DNA of 64,000 nucleotides, from the NCBI GenBank assembly GCA_965223205.1, contig OZ244990.1:898724-962723 (forward strand). Reading direction: 5' to 3'. This document shows positions 1-10,118 of this stretch, one piece after another. How positions within the stretch are numbered: position 1 is the first letter of the stretch; each line of letters starts with the position of its first letter. The notes beneath the pieces are model-generated. The model searched no databases. It was not told where the DNA came from and was given only the letters and a program-made list of their open reading frames with translations. The position numbers and the translations under genes were made by a program. Source of the stretch: Candidatus Eiseniibacteriota bacterium. Lineage in GTDB: Bacteria > Eisenbacteria > RBG-16-71-46 > CAVPCR01 > CBDCWB01.

Positions 1-18
1 CCACACGAGGACCGCTCA

Positions 19-1100
19 ATGCTCTGCCGACAGTTCAGTCTTGGCTTGGCTGCCATCGCCCTCACTTCGTCCATTTCCCACGGCAGGACGACCCATGTGC
101 CAGCCGATCAACCGACGATTCAAGCAGCCATTGACGCTGCTTCCGCCGCCGACATGATCCTCGTCGCCCCCGGCACCTATACTGGTCCGGGGAACACAAA
201 CCTCGTACTCAACGACAAGTATGTCTATCTCGTCTCGGAAGCGGGAGCCGACAATACCGTTGTCGATTGCGGTGGGTTCGGTCGAGGGCTATCTATCGAA
301 TCCAGCCAAACGAACGGAACATTGGTAGAAGGATTCACGTTCCGAAACGGCTCGGACTACCATGGCGGAACGATCCGCCTACACTTGGCGTCTCCTACGA
401 TTAGGAGCTGTGTATTCGCGAACAATGTTGCCTGGGGAGGTGGTGCATTCTACTGTAGCGTTAGCTCACCCACGATCGAGGGATGCGGCTTCGTTCAGAA
501 CGCCGGCGATGGAGGTGCCATTGCCTTGTCGGTGGGACTCCCAAGCTTCGCGACTGCCTGTTTCTCGAGAATTCGGGCGATGTGGGTGGTGCGCTCTACG
601 CTGGTGGTCTCTCAACACCGAGGTTGTCGGCATGCATCTTCGAGCGGAACTCCGCGACATTCGTTGGCCCCTCGGGCCGTGTTTTCGCTCAGGAGATTGA
701 ACCCGAGCTTGTCGCCTACATGACGGCCCGAGCGGAGGAGGAGGGAACGAGCCAGGTCGTCCCCGTCCTCGGTGGGCGGGAGTCCGCTGGCGTTCCAGAT
801 TCACTCGACCTGGTCTTCCTCTGCAACACGTATCGATACATAGATGGCCGAATCGCCTACTTCTCTGCGCTGCGAGAGAATCTGCTTCCAACTGGTCGGT
901 TGGCCATCGTGGGTTTCAGGCGCCACCCGAGCGACCCGTCGCCGGCGCGAATCCACCCGGAACAGGTCACGTCTGAACTGATCAAGGCAGGTTACGTTGT
1001 CTTGGAAGAGTTCGACTTCCTGCCGAAACAGTACTTTCTGATCTACGGTATTGCCGAGGAGGGCAGCACCGTCGGTAATGGTGAGGAGAAACACCACTGA
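19..1100 (+). pseudogene. Chimeric, frameshifted ORF. The N-terminal part is a secreted right-handed beta-helix repeat protein, and the C-terminal part resembles the distal half of a class-I SAM methyltransferase
   Basis: ORF 19-723 has a signal-peptide-like N-terminus and parallel beta-helix repeats (NGSDYHGGTI, NVAWGGGAFY, NAGDGGAIAL). The repeat continues in another frame (ORF 483-1100: ENSGDVGGALYAGG...) after a frameshift near 500-560. Residues DLVFLCNTYRYI...LLPTGRLAIVGF...ELIKAGYVVLEEFDF match MTase motifs II-III, but motif I is absent. Confidence 0.35.
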
Positions 1101-1388
1101 GCGTGCAGCCGGCGGGCCGCTTTCGCGACCGCTGCTGAAGCGCAAACTCAAGCGGTCAAGCAAGCGAGCATCACATACCTACTTGCATGTTGCCAGGTTT
1201 CAAGAAGGGTGGAAGATCATGACTCGTCCTATGGGAGTCGCGGTAGCCGCGAAGTGGCGTTGCAGCTCCCGGACTTAGCGTCATTACCCCAATTGGGGCA
1301 TACTTGAAAAAGCGCTGCGGGTCGGAGCGCGCCACGGTTGCGCTGCCTCGCCTGCAGCCGAAGGCTGGGCCGGGAGGTGGCGTGAGCG

Positions 1389-1790
1389 ATGGACGATCGT
1401 GACGAGTTCTACCTAAGACCGATACTCTGCGTTCGAGACGTTTCAGCTAGCACGCGCTACTTCTGCAAAACGCTCGGTTTCGACCGCAACTGGCGACATC
1501 CAGAGGATGAACCGATCATCGCCCAGGTCGGGCGCAACGGACTCGATATCATCCTGGATTCCGGAAGTGCCATCCCGAGTGCGCAGTCGCCGTCCGTACT
1601 CAGCATGTCCCTTCACGACTCGGACGCACTCGGCGCGCTCTACGAGGAGTTTTCGAGCCGCGGCGCGGCCACCAATGGCCCTCCTTCCGAGGTGTCATGG
1701 CAACAAGGGGTGTTTCAGTTCGAAGTCAAAGATCTGGACGGAAACGTTCTTGTGTTCTGGGGCGACGGACCAACTCGACGCCCCACCTAA
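1389..1790 (+). CDS. VOC / glyoxalase-bleomycin-resistance family protein
   Basis: 133 aa. LRPILCVRDVSASTRYF...LGF is glyoxalase-fold like. GGAGGTG Shine-Dalgarno lies upstream of the ATG. Confidence 0.6.
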   Translation: MDDRDEFYLRPILCVRDVSASTRYFCKTLGFDRNWRHPEDEPIIAQVGRNGLDIILDSGSAIPSAQSPSVLSMSLHDSDALGALYEEFSSRGAATNGPPSEVSWQQGVFQFEVKDLDGNVLVFWGDGPTRRPT

Positions 1791-1940
1791 CAAGCGCTGC
1801 CATCGAACGCTAGATGGGTTTTTCTGCGGGGTCCGTTGCCAATCAGCAAGTGGACCGCCGCCGTCGCCCCCCTATTGCACGCGAATCGATGAGCGCAGCA
1901 GAATCCATCCGTTGGGCTGTTGACTGCCATTGAGTTTGAG

Positions 1941-2486
1941 ATGAGACCACTAGCCCTTGAGCTGTACTTCGACACAGCCAGCGAACAGCGGCTCGCGTCC
2001 GTATGGGAAAAGCTTGCCGGGTACTGCCACCACTCGACCGCCTCACAGCTCGGGGTCGTACCTCACATCACTTTGGCGCTGTTTCGGGACTCGCTGCCAA
2101 ACGACCTCGTTGGTGTGGGAAAGGCTCTGGCGACCGGGGTTTCTCCTTTCGACGTCAACCTTTGCCGTGTGGACCGGTTTCCCGGCGACGAAGGTGTCGT
2201 GTTCCTCGCTCCCGCGCCGTCTCCGGAACTCACCGGAGCACACGAACGCGCCCAAGAGCTGTTGGGAGAGGACCGAGACCGTGTGGACCCCTACTATCGG
2301 CCGGGTGCATGGCGACCGCATTGCACGATGGCGATCAACGTGCCGGAACCGCGCGTCAGCGCTGTCATCTCGGCGTGCAGTTATTCCGACGCGCTCGGAG
2401 TAGCTACAATCTCGGGAGTGCAGGTGGTTCGTTACCGGCCTGCTGAACGAGAGTGGACATCGGCGCTCGCCTCACCGGAGGACTAA
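1941..2486 (+). CDS. 2H phosphoesterase superfamily protein (LigT/ThpR-like RNA 2',3'-cyclic phosphodiesterase)
   Basis: Two H-x-T/S-x motifs (HITLA and HCTMA) with the spacing typical of LigT. ATG at 1941 chosen inside the longer TTG ORF. Confidence 0.5.
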   Translation: MRPLALELYFDTASEQRLASVWEKLAGYCHHSTASQLGVVPHITLALFRDSLPNDLVGVGKALATGVSPFDVNLCRVDRFPGDEGVVFLAPAPSPELTGAHERAQELLGEDRDRVDPYYRPGAWRPHCTMAINVPEPRVSAVISACSYSDALGVATISGVQVVRYRPAEREWTSALASPED

Positions 2487-2753
2487 CACGTGTCAGATCT
2501 AGAACCAGACCTAATCATGTCGCCACTTTGCCAGGACGTCACACGCGAAGGCTACACTGTTCGCGTCGAGATCTATCGGGCGAAGGCAGTGGGTGGTTCC
2601 TCGAGGTGGTAGACGAACTAGGCGGCTCCACTATTTGGGAGGACACGTTTACGGACGATCTGCTTGCTCTTGAGGAGTTTTTTCGGACGGTTAAGGCAGA
2701 GGGCATTCGTGCTTTCGAAGCGGGTTCGGAAGCCAACGACTAGGGGTTGCAGC

Positions 2754-3239
2754 ATGGCGGAGTTTGACTCAGGAATCACGGCAGCACACAAGCTTCTGGA
2801 AGCCGGAGCGCTGGTCGCCTTTGAGGTTATGGAAAGCGACATCAAGGCAACGGCTGGCGGAGACGCACTCGTCAGTCGAGTTGAGCTGCAGCTCGGCGAC
2901 GATGATGGTTCGGATGCCGAGTGGGGTGCTCTTGGCTTCGTCTTCGCTCTAGCCGTTTTGTCCTACCATGATGCGCGACCGCGCGGATCCTCGCACATTG
3001 ACTTCGAGGAAGATGACGAGTTCAACGTGGCGGATCTTTTCGACTGCCTTCGATTTGAACGAGGCGGGCTCCACTTCTCTGCGGACTACATTCGCGGAAG
3101 GTGCATGAAGAACGATGTGGAAGTGAGGCCGGATGGTCGAGTGACGATCGAAACGAGGGGACGGGGCGATGCGGTGCTCAGGTGGCTCGATCACTTGAAA
3201 GGGAGAAACCGCTGCAGCTTGTATAGCGCAATAAGTTGA
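2754..3239 (+). CDS. Hypothetical protein
   Basis: 162-aa ORF starting MAEFDSGITAAHK with coding-like composition. A small frameshifted ORF (2519-2743) lies upstream. Confidence 0.35.
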   Translation: MAEFDSGITAAHKLLEAGALVAFEVMESDIKATAGGDALVSRVELQLGDDDGSDAEWGALGFVFALAVLSYHDARPRGSSHIDFEEDDEFNVADLFDCLRFERGGLHFSADYIRGRCMKNDVEVRPDGRVTIETRGRGDAVLRWLDHLKGRNRCSLYSAIS

Positions 3240-3330
3240 CGAAGCAGCGAGTGGCGAGACCGGCCTCGTTCGCCGTCCGCATTTTGTTGCCCAAGCGTCT
3301 TAGGACCAGATAGGTCCCTGAGGAAGAGTG

Positions 3331-3648
3331 ATGGCTGGCGAAAAGCACTTTTTTGGCAGACTGCTCGGCACGAGATCCACGTGGCCAATGGATATGAGCG
3401 AATCCGAACAGGAGATCATGGCTCAACACTTCGCCTACCTCTCGAGGCTGGTGGATGAGGGGCAGGTCCTCATCGCCGGCCCGTGTTTCTCGTCGCCACC
3501 GTTCGGCCTGGTCGTAATCCATGCCTCCTCGGAGGAAGCGGCGGCTGAGATGTTGCGGCAAGATCCGTCGGTTAGAGAGGGACTCCACACGTTTGATTTG
3601 GTCGAGATGAAATTGTCGCTGTTTGCCGGAGATTCCGCTCCTTCATAG
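3331..3648 (+). CDS. YciI-like (Dabb-fold) protein
   Basis: VLIAGPCF...GLVVIHASSEEAAAEMLRQDPSVREGLHTFDLVE resembles the YciI family. GAGGAAGAG Shine-Dalgarno. Confidence 0.5.
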   Translation: MAGEKHFFGRLLGTRSTWPMDMSESEQEIMAQHFAYLSRLVDEGQVLIAGPCFSSPPFGLVVIHASSEEAAAEMLRQDPSVREGLHTFDLVEMKLSLFAGDSAPS

Positions 3649-3674
3649 GCGCGATTGCATCCTCGGCCTTGGGG

Positions 3675-4796
3675 CTAGTGGACTGTACCATTGAAAGTGG
3701 GACCGGCATGTGACATGCTGCTGGCATGGTTAGATCTGAAGTCCCGATTGGTCTGACCGTCGATGAGCGACGAGAGCTGCATCGGCGATCCCGCTCCAGA
3801 ACTCTGCGGGCCGAAGATGTGAGGCGCGCGATTGATCTTGGCTTTGGATCGCGGAGACTCGTACTCCGAGATCGTCGAAACGCTCGAGTGCAACCGAAGC
3901 TACGTCAGTCGGTGGAAGCAGCGATTTCTCGATGGGCGCCTTGCCGGACTCTATGCCCGCCACAGAGGTCGTCCCGTTGAGAAGCGCACGCCCAGGCTGG
4001 AAGCAAAGATCCTCGAGTGGACTCTGAACAGAAAGCCGAAAGACGGATCCACTCACTGGAGCACGCGCAAGCTTGCAGCGGAGCTCGGTGTCACCCACAT
4101 GATGGTGGCGCGGGTCTGGGCGAGAGCCGGCCTTCAACCACACCGGATCGAGCGCTACATCGGATCGAACGATCCGGACTTCGAAGAAAAAGCCGCCGAC
4201 ATCATCGGTCTATACGTCAATCCGCCGCAGCACGCTGCTGTCTTCTGCGTCGACGAGAAGACAGCTATCCAAGCGCTGGATCGCAAAGACCCGGTACTGC
4301 CGTTGTCTCCCGGGCGCGCAGAACGTCACGGATTCGAGTACTTCCGACACGGGACTTTGTCGCTCTACGCAGCTCTCAACACCAAGACGGGAGAGGTCAT
4401 GGGTAAGACTGCGTCGCGACACACGAGTGCCGAGTTCGTCGCGTTCCTTTTTTGATCTTGTCGCGCGTCAGCCTCGCCGGAAGGAGATCCACATCATAGC
4501 GGACAACCTGTCTGCTCACAAAACGAAGCTGGTCGGGCAGTTCTTGGCGAATCATCCGAATGCGCACCTTCACTTCACGCCGACCTATTCGTCATGGCTC
4601 AACCAAGTGGAACTCTGGTTCGCGAAGATCGAGCGAGACGTTATCGCTCGCGGCGTCTTCTCGTCGGTCAGAGATCTTGCTCAGAAGCTCATGCGCTACA
4701 TCCGCCACTACAACAAGACTCCGAAACCCAAGTGGACCTACACGGACACTTCCAACCGAATCGGTGGTACCGATTCACGTGTTACACGCCACTAGT
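3675..4796. mobile_element. IS630-family insertion sequence (~1.12 kb), apparently degraded
   Basis: Terminal inverted repeats CTAGTGGACTGTACCA (3675..) and TGTTACACGCCACTAG (..4796). The internal transposase has an HTH and a DDE region (HIIADNLSAHKT, NQVELWFAKIE). Confidence 0.7.
3726..4795 (+). pseudogene. IS630-family transposase split into three frames
   Basis: ORFs 3726-3980, 3832-4455 and 4427-4795 together make one Tc1/IS630-type transposase. There are frameshifts near 3830 and at the T6 tract near 4447. Confidence 0.7.
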
Positions 4797-5707
4797 CGAG
4801 CACCGTCACCTTCCGAACGACCCGCTGAGCCCCAGCATCGAGGCGTAGGAAGTAAACGCCACCTCCCAGCCCGACGTCTGCGGCGTCCCAAGCCACCGGG
4901 TGGCGGCCAGCGGTCAAGCGCGCCTGCAAGAGCACCTGGACCAACCGACCTTGCACGTCGTAGACCCCTAGTTCCAAGTCGCGACGCCAGCCGTGAATTT
5001 TGCCAATCACCCTGGTTCCAGGCGTCGCCCAACAACGTCACAGTCAACGGCGCATAGAAAGAATGAACCGCGTTGTTGCCGATCACCATTGTATCAACTG
5101 ACCCTCGCGGCCCCCGCCGGCGTACGGCTGTCGGTGAACGGTAAGGTCCTGTGCGGAGAGCGCGCCGTCTGATACGGTGGAAGCGAGGACGTGGCTGGCA
5201 GAACTGCCGGGATGGCCGCAACAGGTGGAGTTCGGCGCGGAAGGAACGGCGCTCGTAGTTGACCTCGATGGCGCCGACGGCGACAAAGAGATCATTTTCG
5301 CCGGGAACGACGTTCACGCGTGGCATCATGATGGTCAAGGAGTGGTCTCTCAAGCCGGAACGGGTTGATGCCCGGTTCCGCCCAGTAATCGACCCCCCCC
5401 AGCGCAGCAACACGGTTCCGGTCACCAGACCGGTGACGGGTCCGCTGAAGTCACACATCGCGAGCGTGCCATACGCGCCCGGGCATTGATCGAAAACCGC
5501 AATCGATCCGCCCGTATATTCCACGCCGTCGCGAACGATCGGCTGCGGTCCACCCCAGCCTTGCATGGGCAGCAGGTCGACCGCCGGCACACCGGCGAAG
5601 TCTGCGGGGTCGGTCGTGAAACCCGAGCAGGGTTGTGCGTGAATCGGGGTGCTGCTCGCTACGAGCAACGCTACCAGCGAGAGCGCGAACAATGACCGAG
5701 TGGTCAT
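4792..5707 (-). pseudogene. Secreted protein with a C-terminal sorting-type domain, disrupted
   Basis: ATG at 5707 is preceded by AAGGAGG, followed by the signal peptide MTTRSLFALSLVALLVASSTPIHA. The C-terminal domain (LGVYDVQGRLVQVLL...GVYFLRLDAGAQRVVRKVTVL) is in a different frame (ORF 4792-5010). The ~70-bp IS91-like terminal fragment at 5050-5118 lies inside the gene, and the IS630 end overlaps the stop codon. Confidence 0.5.
5050..5118 (-). repeat. Solo ~70-bp ori-end fragment of the IS91-like element
   Basis: GATCACCATTGTATCAAC with the flanking sequence is the reverse complement of the conserved terminus GTTGATACAATGGTGATCGGC...CCTATGCGC, which is present at 27,900, 34,950, 40,332, 43,779 and 16,997. 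Confidence 0.6.
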
Positions 5708-5919
5708 GGAGTCCTCCTTGATGTCGTACCAGGTGCTGCGGTTACATGAAGAACGCTGCCGGATGGGATCGACAGCGAGCGGGTATTGTATGGCATGGTG
5801 CGACGAACTCAAATGTTTTGTGCCATTAAGTTATTGCGCCAGCGCGTGTTAACGGAGTTTACTTGCGGTGTCTGGTGTGACGGGGGCGACCCTCTGCGTC
5901 ACAGGGTGGTAACGAGAAC

Positions 5920-6948
5920 ATGCAACTGACCCGAAACATCTCATCTTTGTTGTTCCTGTTGGTCGTCGTGTGTGTCTACGCGACCGCGTTCTACATTCGC
6001 GGTGTGATCGACACACTCGAGTCACCGCACATTATTGCCGCGGCGTTGGCCGCCGACATCGTGATCCTCGTCCCGGCAGCCTACTACTACTTCTTCGTCG
6101 TCCGTCGACTCGGTCTGCCCGTAGTGTCGGTCGCCGGTATCTTCGTTCTCAGTTTGATCGCCGCGACTCAGATCATCCCGTCCGATCAGCGCGGGATCCT
6201 CACTCCGTTGGAAATCGTCGCGGTCGTTGCCGAGGTCGCGATTCTCAGTTTCATCGCGTGGAAAGCGACGAAGGGAATACGGAGACTTCGTGCGGCTGCA
6301 AACGTGCATCGGAACGACGACGGGTTGCTCGCCATTCGAAGTGCCGCGCGGGAGATGATTGATTCGGAGCGAGTCGCGGACGTTTTTGCCTACGAGATCG
6401 CCGTCCTGTACTACGGGTTGGGATCCTGGCGCAAGCGGCCTGTCGAGGGACCTGGTCGTTTCACGAGCCATGAACGCAACAGCTATGGATCGATGTTGTT
6501 CGGCTTCGGCGTGCTGCTTCTCGTCGAGCTGGTGGCGGTGCATGTTCTCGTGCAGCATTTCTGGAGTGCCACCGGTGCCTGGATTCTGTCCGTTCTCACG
6601 GCATACGCGGGAGTGTGGTTGATGGCGGAGTGGCACTCGCATCGGCTGCGTCCGACCTTGATCGAGAACGCCTCGCTCGTGTTGCGCGCAGGCATGCGTT
6701 ACGAAGTCGAGATTCCATTCACGTCGATCCGGTCGCTACGACGTATAAGCGCCGTGGAAGACAAACCGCGCGGCACGCTCAGTTTCGTCGCGCTGGGTGA
6801 CGCGCACTTCGAAGTGACGACCCACCACTCCGTCGACGTGCTCGGCGTGTACGGCATGCGCAAATCAACAAACCGCATCTGGTTCGCCATCGACAACCCC
6901 ACGGAATTCGTTGAGGAGCTATCGCGCCGCGGTATCGACGTTCAATGA
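5920..6948 (+). CDS. Hypothetical polytopic membrane protein
   Basis: 342 aa with multiple hydrophobic helices in the N-terminal and middle thirds. I recognised no family. Confidence 0.5.
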   Translation: MQLTRNISSLLFLLVVVCVYATAFYIRGVIDTLESPHIIAAALAADIVILVPAAYYYFFVVRRLGLPVVSVAGIFVLSLIAATQIIPSDQRGILTPLEIVAVVAEVAILSFIAWKATKGIRRLRAAANVHRNDDGLLAIRSAAREMIDSERVADVFAYEIAVLYYGLGSWRKRPVEGPGRFTSHERNSYGSMLFGFGVLLLVELVAVHVLVQHFWSATGAWILSVLTAYAGVWLMAEWHSHRLRPTLIENASLVLRAGMRYEVEIPFTSIRSLRRISAVEDKPRGTLSFVALGDAHFEVTTHHSVDVLGVYGMRKSTNRIWFAIDNPTEFVEELSRRGIDVQ

Positions 6949-7068
6949 AGCGCAAAGGACTTCGATACACATTTCTGGCTCTCGCCGTTCTCGTTCTGGG
7001 TGTCGTCGTTGCCTACAGTGCGATCGAGCCGAGCAACCACCGTGCCTGGAAAACAGAGCACGAACGCC

Positions 7069-8160
7069 GCGCATAGGAAAATTGAACTGCGTTGTTGCCG
7101 ATCACCATTGTATCAACCGACCCTCGCGGCGACGAGAAGTGGTTGTTGTCGGGGCACGAGCACCTGTTGGAGTCGCTCGTTCCGCGGGGAAAGAAGCTGG
7201 AGACCGCGGAGCTGCTGCCGAGTTACTCGGATGAGCATGCGGTGCTCGAAGAGCGGTCCCAGATCACCCCCGGGCGAGCACGGAGCCAGCGGCGGCCGAT
7301 CGGCAGGCAGCTCGAGGTGGGAGAGGATCCGCCGCAGCACCCGCGGATCGGTGATCAACGCCAGCACCACCATCGGCACCCGGCGCCCTCGCGCGGGTGT
7401 ACAGCGCGGGCAGCTCAGCGCGTCGACGAAGAACACCCGCAAGAGGAGCTGTGTCCAACGCAGCGACCGGCGGCGGTTCGGGGAAGCCATGCCGTCAACG
7501 TCGGCTTCCTCCTCGGCTGACCCCGACGCGGTGGGCAGCGCCTCCCCCTCCGGCTCATGCTCCCGCTCCGCCACCACCGGCGGGGAGGGCAACAGGGGGC
7601 GCAATCGCGAACGGTTGGCGAACACCCGTGGTAGCGGACCATGTGGCTGTAGGGCGCCGGCACCAGCGCCGCCAGCCGCCCGAGCAGCTCACCCGGCTCG
7701 AGCCCCAGACACCTCGCCCCGCCGGGCTTCGGCCAGGGCTTGCGCAAGCGGTAGACGACGCGCCCATCGGGTGCCAGGCTGAACCGATCCACCGCGAACG
7801 GCGCGCGCAGTCCGTAGCGACACAACCGCTCGAGCGCCACGCGGTCATCTGCCGGTACCAGACTGCGCCGCGTGCAAGGAGAACCCCGCCACCTTCGCGC
7901 ACAGCGGCGCCTGAGGCGGCTCAGGACGAGCGTCCTCGAGCCCCAGGCCCGCACGCGGTACCGGTGCCTCCACCGAGCGCGCCAGCGCATGGCGCAATGG
8001 CGCCACCGTGCGCGCGAAGAGCTCCTCGGTCTCGAACGCATCGGCGCACAGCCGCTCGGCGCAGCGCGGGTAGCTCAGCGCGCCGATCGACAAGACCCGG
8101 AGTGGGAGCTGAGCCCACGACAAGGATCGCCGGCGAGGCCGCGCGCGCGCCTTCATTGAC
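7069..8160 (-). mobile_element. IS91-family partial copy (3' ~1.1 kb), rearranged and frameshifted
   Basis: Minus-strand frames encode the transposase C-terminal segments (RLCADAFETEELF..., DRVALERLCRYGLRAPF..., PYSHMVRYHG). The ori-like end is at 7069. A short piece of the extreme C-terminus (RRRSLSWAQLPLRV...SYPRC) is fused upstream of the mid-gene segment at 8040-8160. Confidence 0.7.
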
Positions 8161-8301
8161 CGTGTGACAGTGCTCTGCTAAATTTCTTAGACACAGGTCC
8201 GATCCCGTCCCCACCCCTGCGACCTGCCTTCCCTGGTGTCGAGCGCGTTCCGACCGCGCCCCCTTTCCTTGCTCCGAAGGCCGTTCCGGAGGACGAACCT
8301 G

Positions 8302-9693
8302 ATGATGGGTCTTTTCACCCTGGCTATCGTGGCGGCGTGCGTGTTGGCGGGCACACCCACTCGAGCGTCCACCGAGCTGACCGTGCTCGGCACGTTGGAC
8401 CCGTGCGATTGCCCGGCCCCACCGCTCGACTTCGACTACTCGGACGTCTGGGGTTTCGAAAGCAACGGTAGCGAGTTCGCCGTCCTCGGCACCTCGACGG
8501 GTGTCTACATCATCGACGTGACCGACCCGGTGAACCCGGTCGTGGCGTCGGCCGTGGCGGGGGAGGTGTCCAACTGGCGGGACGTGAAGATGTTCGGTTC
8601 GTTCATCCTGAGCGTCAACGAGGCGGGCGGTGGCCTGCAGGTGATCGACGCCTCTGATCCGTACAACGCCGTGGAGGTGGCCAGTGATACCCAGCACTTC
8701 TTGACCGGCCACAATCTGTACGTCGACGAGTCCAGCGGTCGAGCCTACATCTTCGGCGCGGACGCCACCACCAGCAACCCCATCCTGGACGTTTCGACCG
8801 TCACCTTACCGGTTTTGATGGGCAACTGGAGCGACGAGTATCTGCACGACGGCTACGTCAAGGACAATCTGCTTTTCGGCGCCAAGATGTTCGATTTCGG
8901 TACCCCCGTGGGCCTCGTCATCATCGACGTGGCGACGCCTGGCGCCATCCCGGCCCCGACCATCGTCACCTATCCGGACGCCTTCACCCACAACACCTGG
9001 ACGACCGAGGACGGCGCTTACTGTTTGACCACCGATGAGAACCCCGGCGGGCACGTGCGCATCTGGGACGTTCGGGACCTCGGCAACATCACGCCGGTGT
9101 CCGAGTACTCGCTCGGCCCGGACGTGACCGTCCACAACGTGCACGTCAGCGGCGACTTCGCGTATGTCTCGTACTATACCGAAGGCGTGCGCGTCGTCGA
9201 TCTGACCGACATCGCCAATCCGGTGGAGGCCGGCTTCTATGACACGACCCCCGGCGAGCCGCCCGGCAGCCTCACCGGAACCTGGGGCGTCTATCCCTTC
9301 TTGCCGTCGGGCAACATCCTGGCCAGCGACGTCGTCAACGGCCTGTTCATCTTCGCGCCGGTGCCGACCTCGACGTCCGTCGAGCTGGACCCGGTCGCCA
9401 CGCCCGTTCGCCGTTCGATGATCGACGGCATCTTCCCGAACCCGTTCAATCCGGCGACCACGATCTCGCTGCGGATCGACGGCGAGTCCGAGCGCCTAGT
9501 CCAGCTCGGCATCTACGACGTGCGCGGGCATCGGGTGCGCAACCTCTACGAGGGTGCCCTGGCGCCCGGCGCGCACGACATCACCTGGGACGGTATCGAC
9601 GATGCCGGACACGGGGCGGCGAGCGGCAAGTACTTCCTGCGCGTCGACTCGAACGGCAACAGCGAGTCGCAGCCGCTGGTCCTGGTCAAGTAG
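8302..9693 (+). CDS. Choice-of-anchor-B / LVIVD-repeat beta-propeller surface protein with a C-terminal sorting domain
   Basis: GGAGG Shine-Dalgarno. Signal peptide MMGLFTLAIVAACVLA. LVIVD repeats (GVYIIDVTDPVNPV, GLQVIDASDPYNAV, GLVIIDVATPGAIP, GVRVVDLTDIANPV). C-terminal NPFNP...GIYDVRGHRVRNL...WDGIDDAGHGAASGKYFLRV. Confidence 0.8.
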   Translation: MMGLFTLAIVAACVLAGTPTRASTELTVLGTLDPCDCPAPPLDFDYSDVWGFESNGSEFAVLGTSTGVYIIDVTDPVNPVVASAVAGEVSNWRDVKMFGSFILSVNEAGGGLQVIDASDPYNAVEVASDTQHFLTGHNLYVDESSGRAYIFGADATTSNPILDVSTVTLPVLMGNWSDEYLHDGYVKDNLLFGAKMFDFGTPVGLVIIDVATPGAIPAPTIVTYPDAFTHNTWTTEDGAYCLTTDENPGGHVRIWDVRDLGNITPVSEYSLGPDVTVHNVHVSGDFAYVSYYTEGVRVVDLTDIANPVEAGFYDTTPGEPPGSLTGTWGVYPFLPSGNILASDVVNGLFIFAPVPTSTSVELDPVATPVRRSMIDGIFPNPFNPATTISLRIDGESERLVQLGIYDVRGHRVRNLYEGALAPGAHDITWDGIDDAGHGAASGKYFLRVDSNGNSESQPLVLVK

Positions 9694-10118
9694 CTGCTGG
9701 CTGGAGGGGGAGGAGCGACCTGTTCGGAGCCGGCTGCGGCGCTTCATTTGTCAAACGGCATCTAGATTCCCGCACTTATGCGACACCTACTTTCCCGCAC
9801 TTGCTCGCAGTCGAGGCGTATAGCGCACAGATCGACTACGTTGAAGTGGACTAGTTTTCGACACCCACCGAAACGGTCATCATCAACGGAGCGGGATTTC
9901 CCCCGTCGAGCGGCCCACTTCCAGCAGTGACGATCGGCTGTCCCCCCGGGCCTTCGACACTTCTGACTGTCGTGTACCACGACACGGACAAGATCGTTGC
10001 TCAGTTGGTTGTCGCCTTGCTGGAGCACGAGACGTGCTACATCCACGTAAGCGCAATGACCGCGGAAGTGGCCTTCGGTCTCTTTGGAACGACGAAGGAG
10101 GCGACGGCGCTGGGCTAG

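Noticed and set aside
9927-10118. Possible IPT/TIG-like peptide (..VIINGAGF...) ending exactly at the IS5-like left end
   Set aside because: Only ~80 residues are available, there is no start or signal, and it may be a remnant of a gene destroyed by the IS insertion. The evidence is too thin for a feature.
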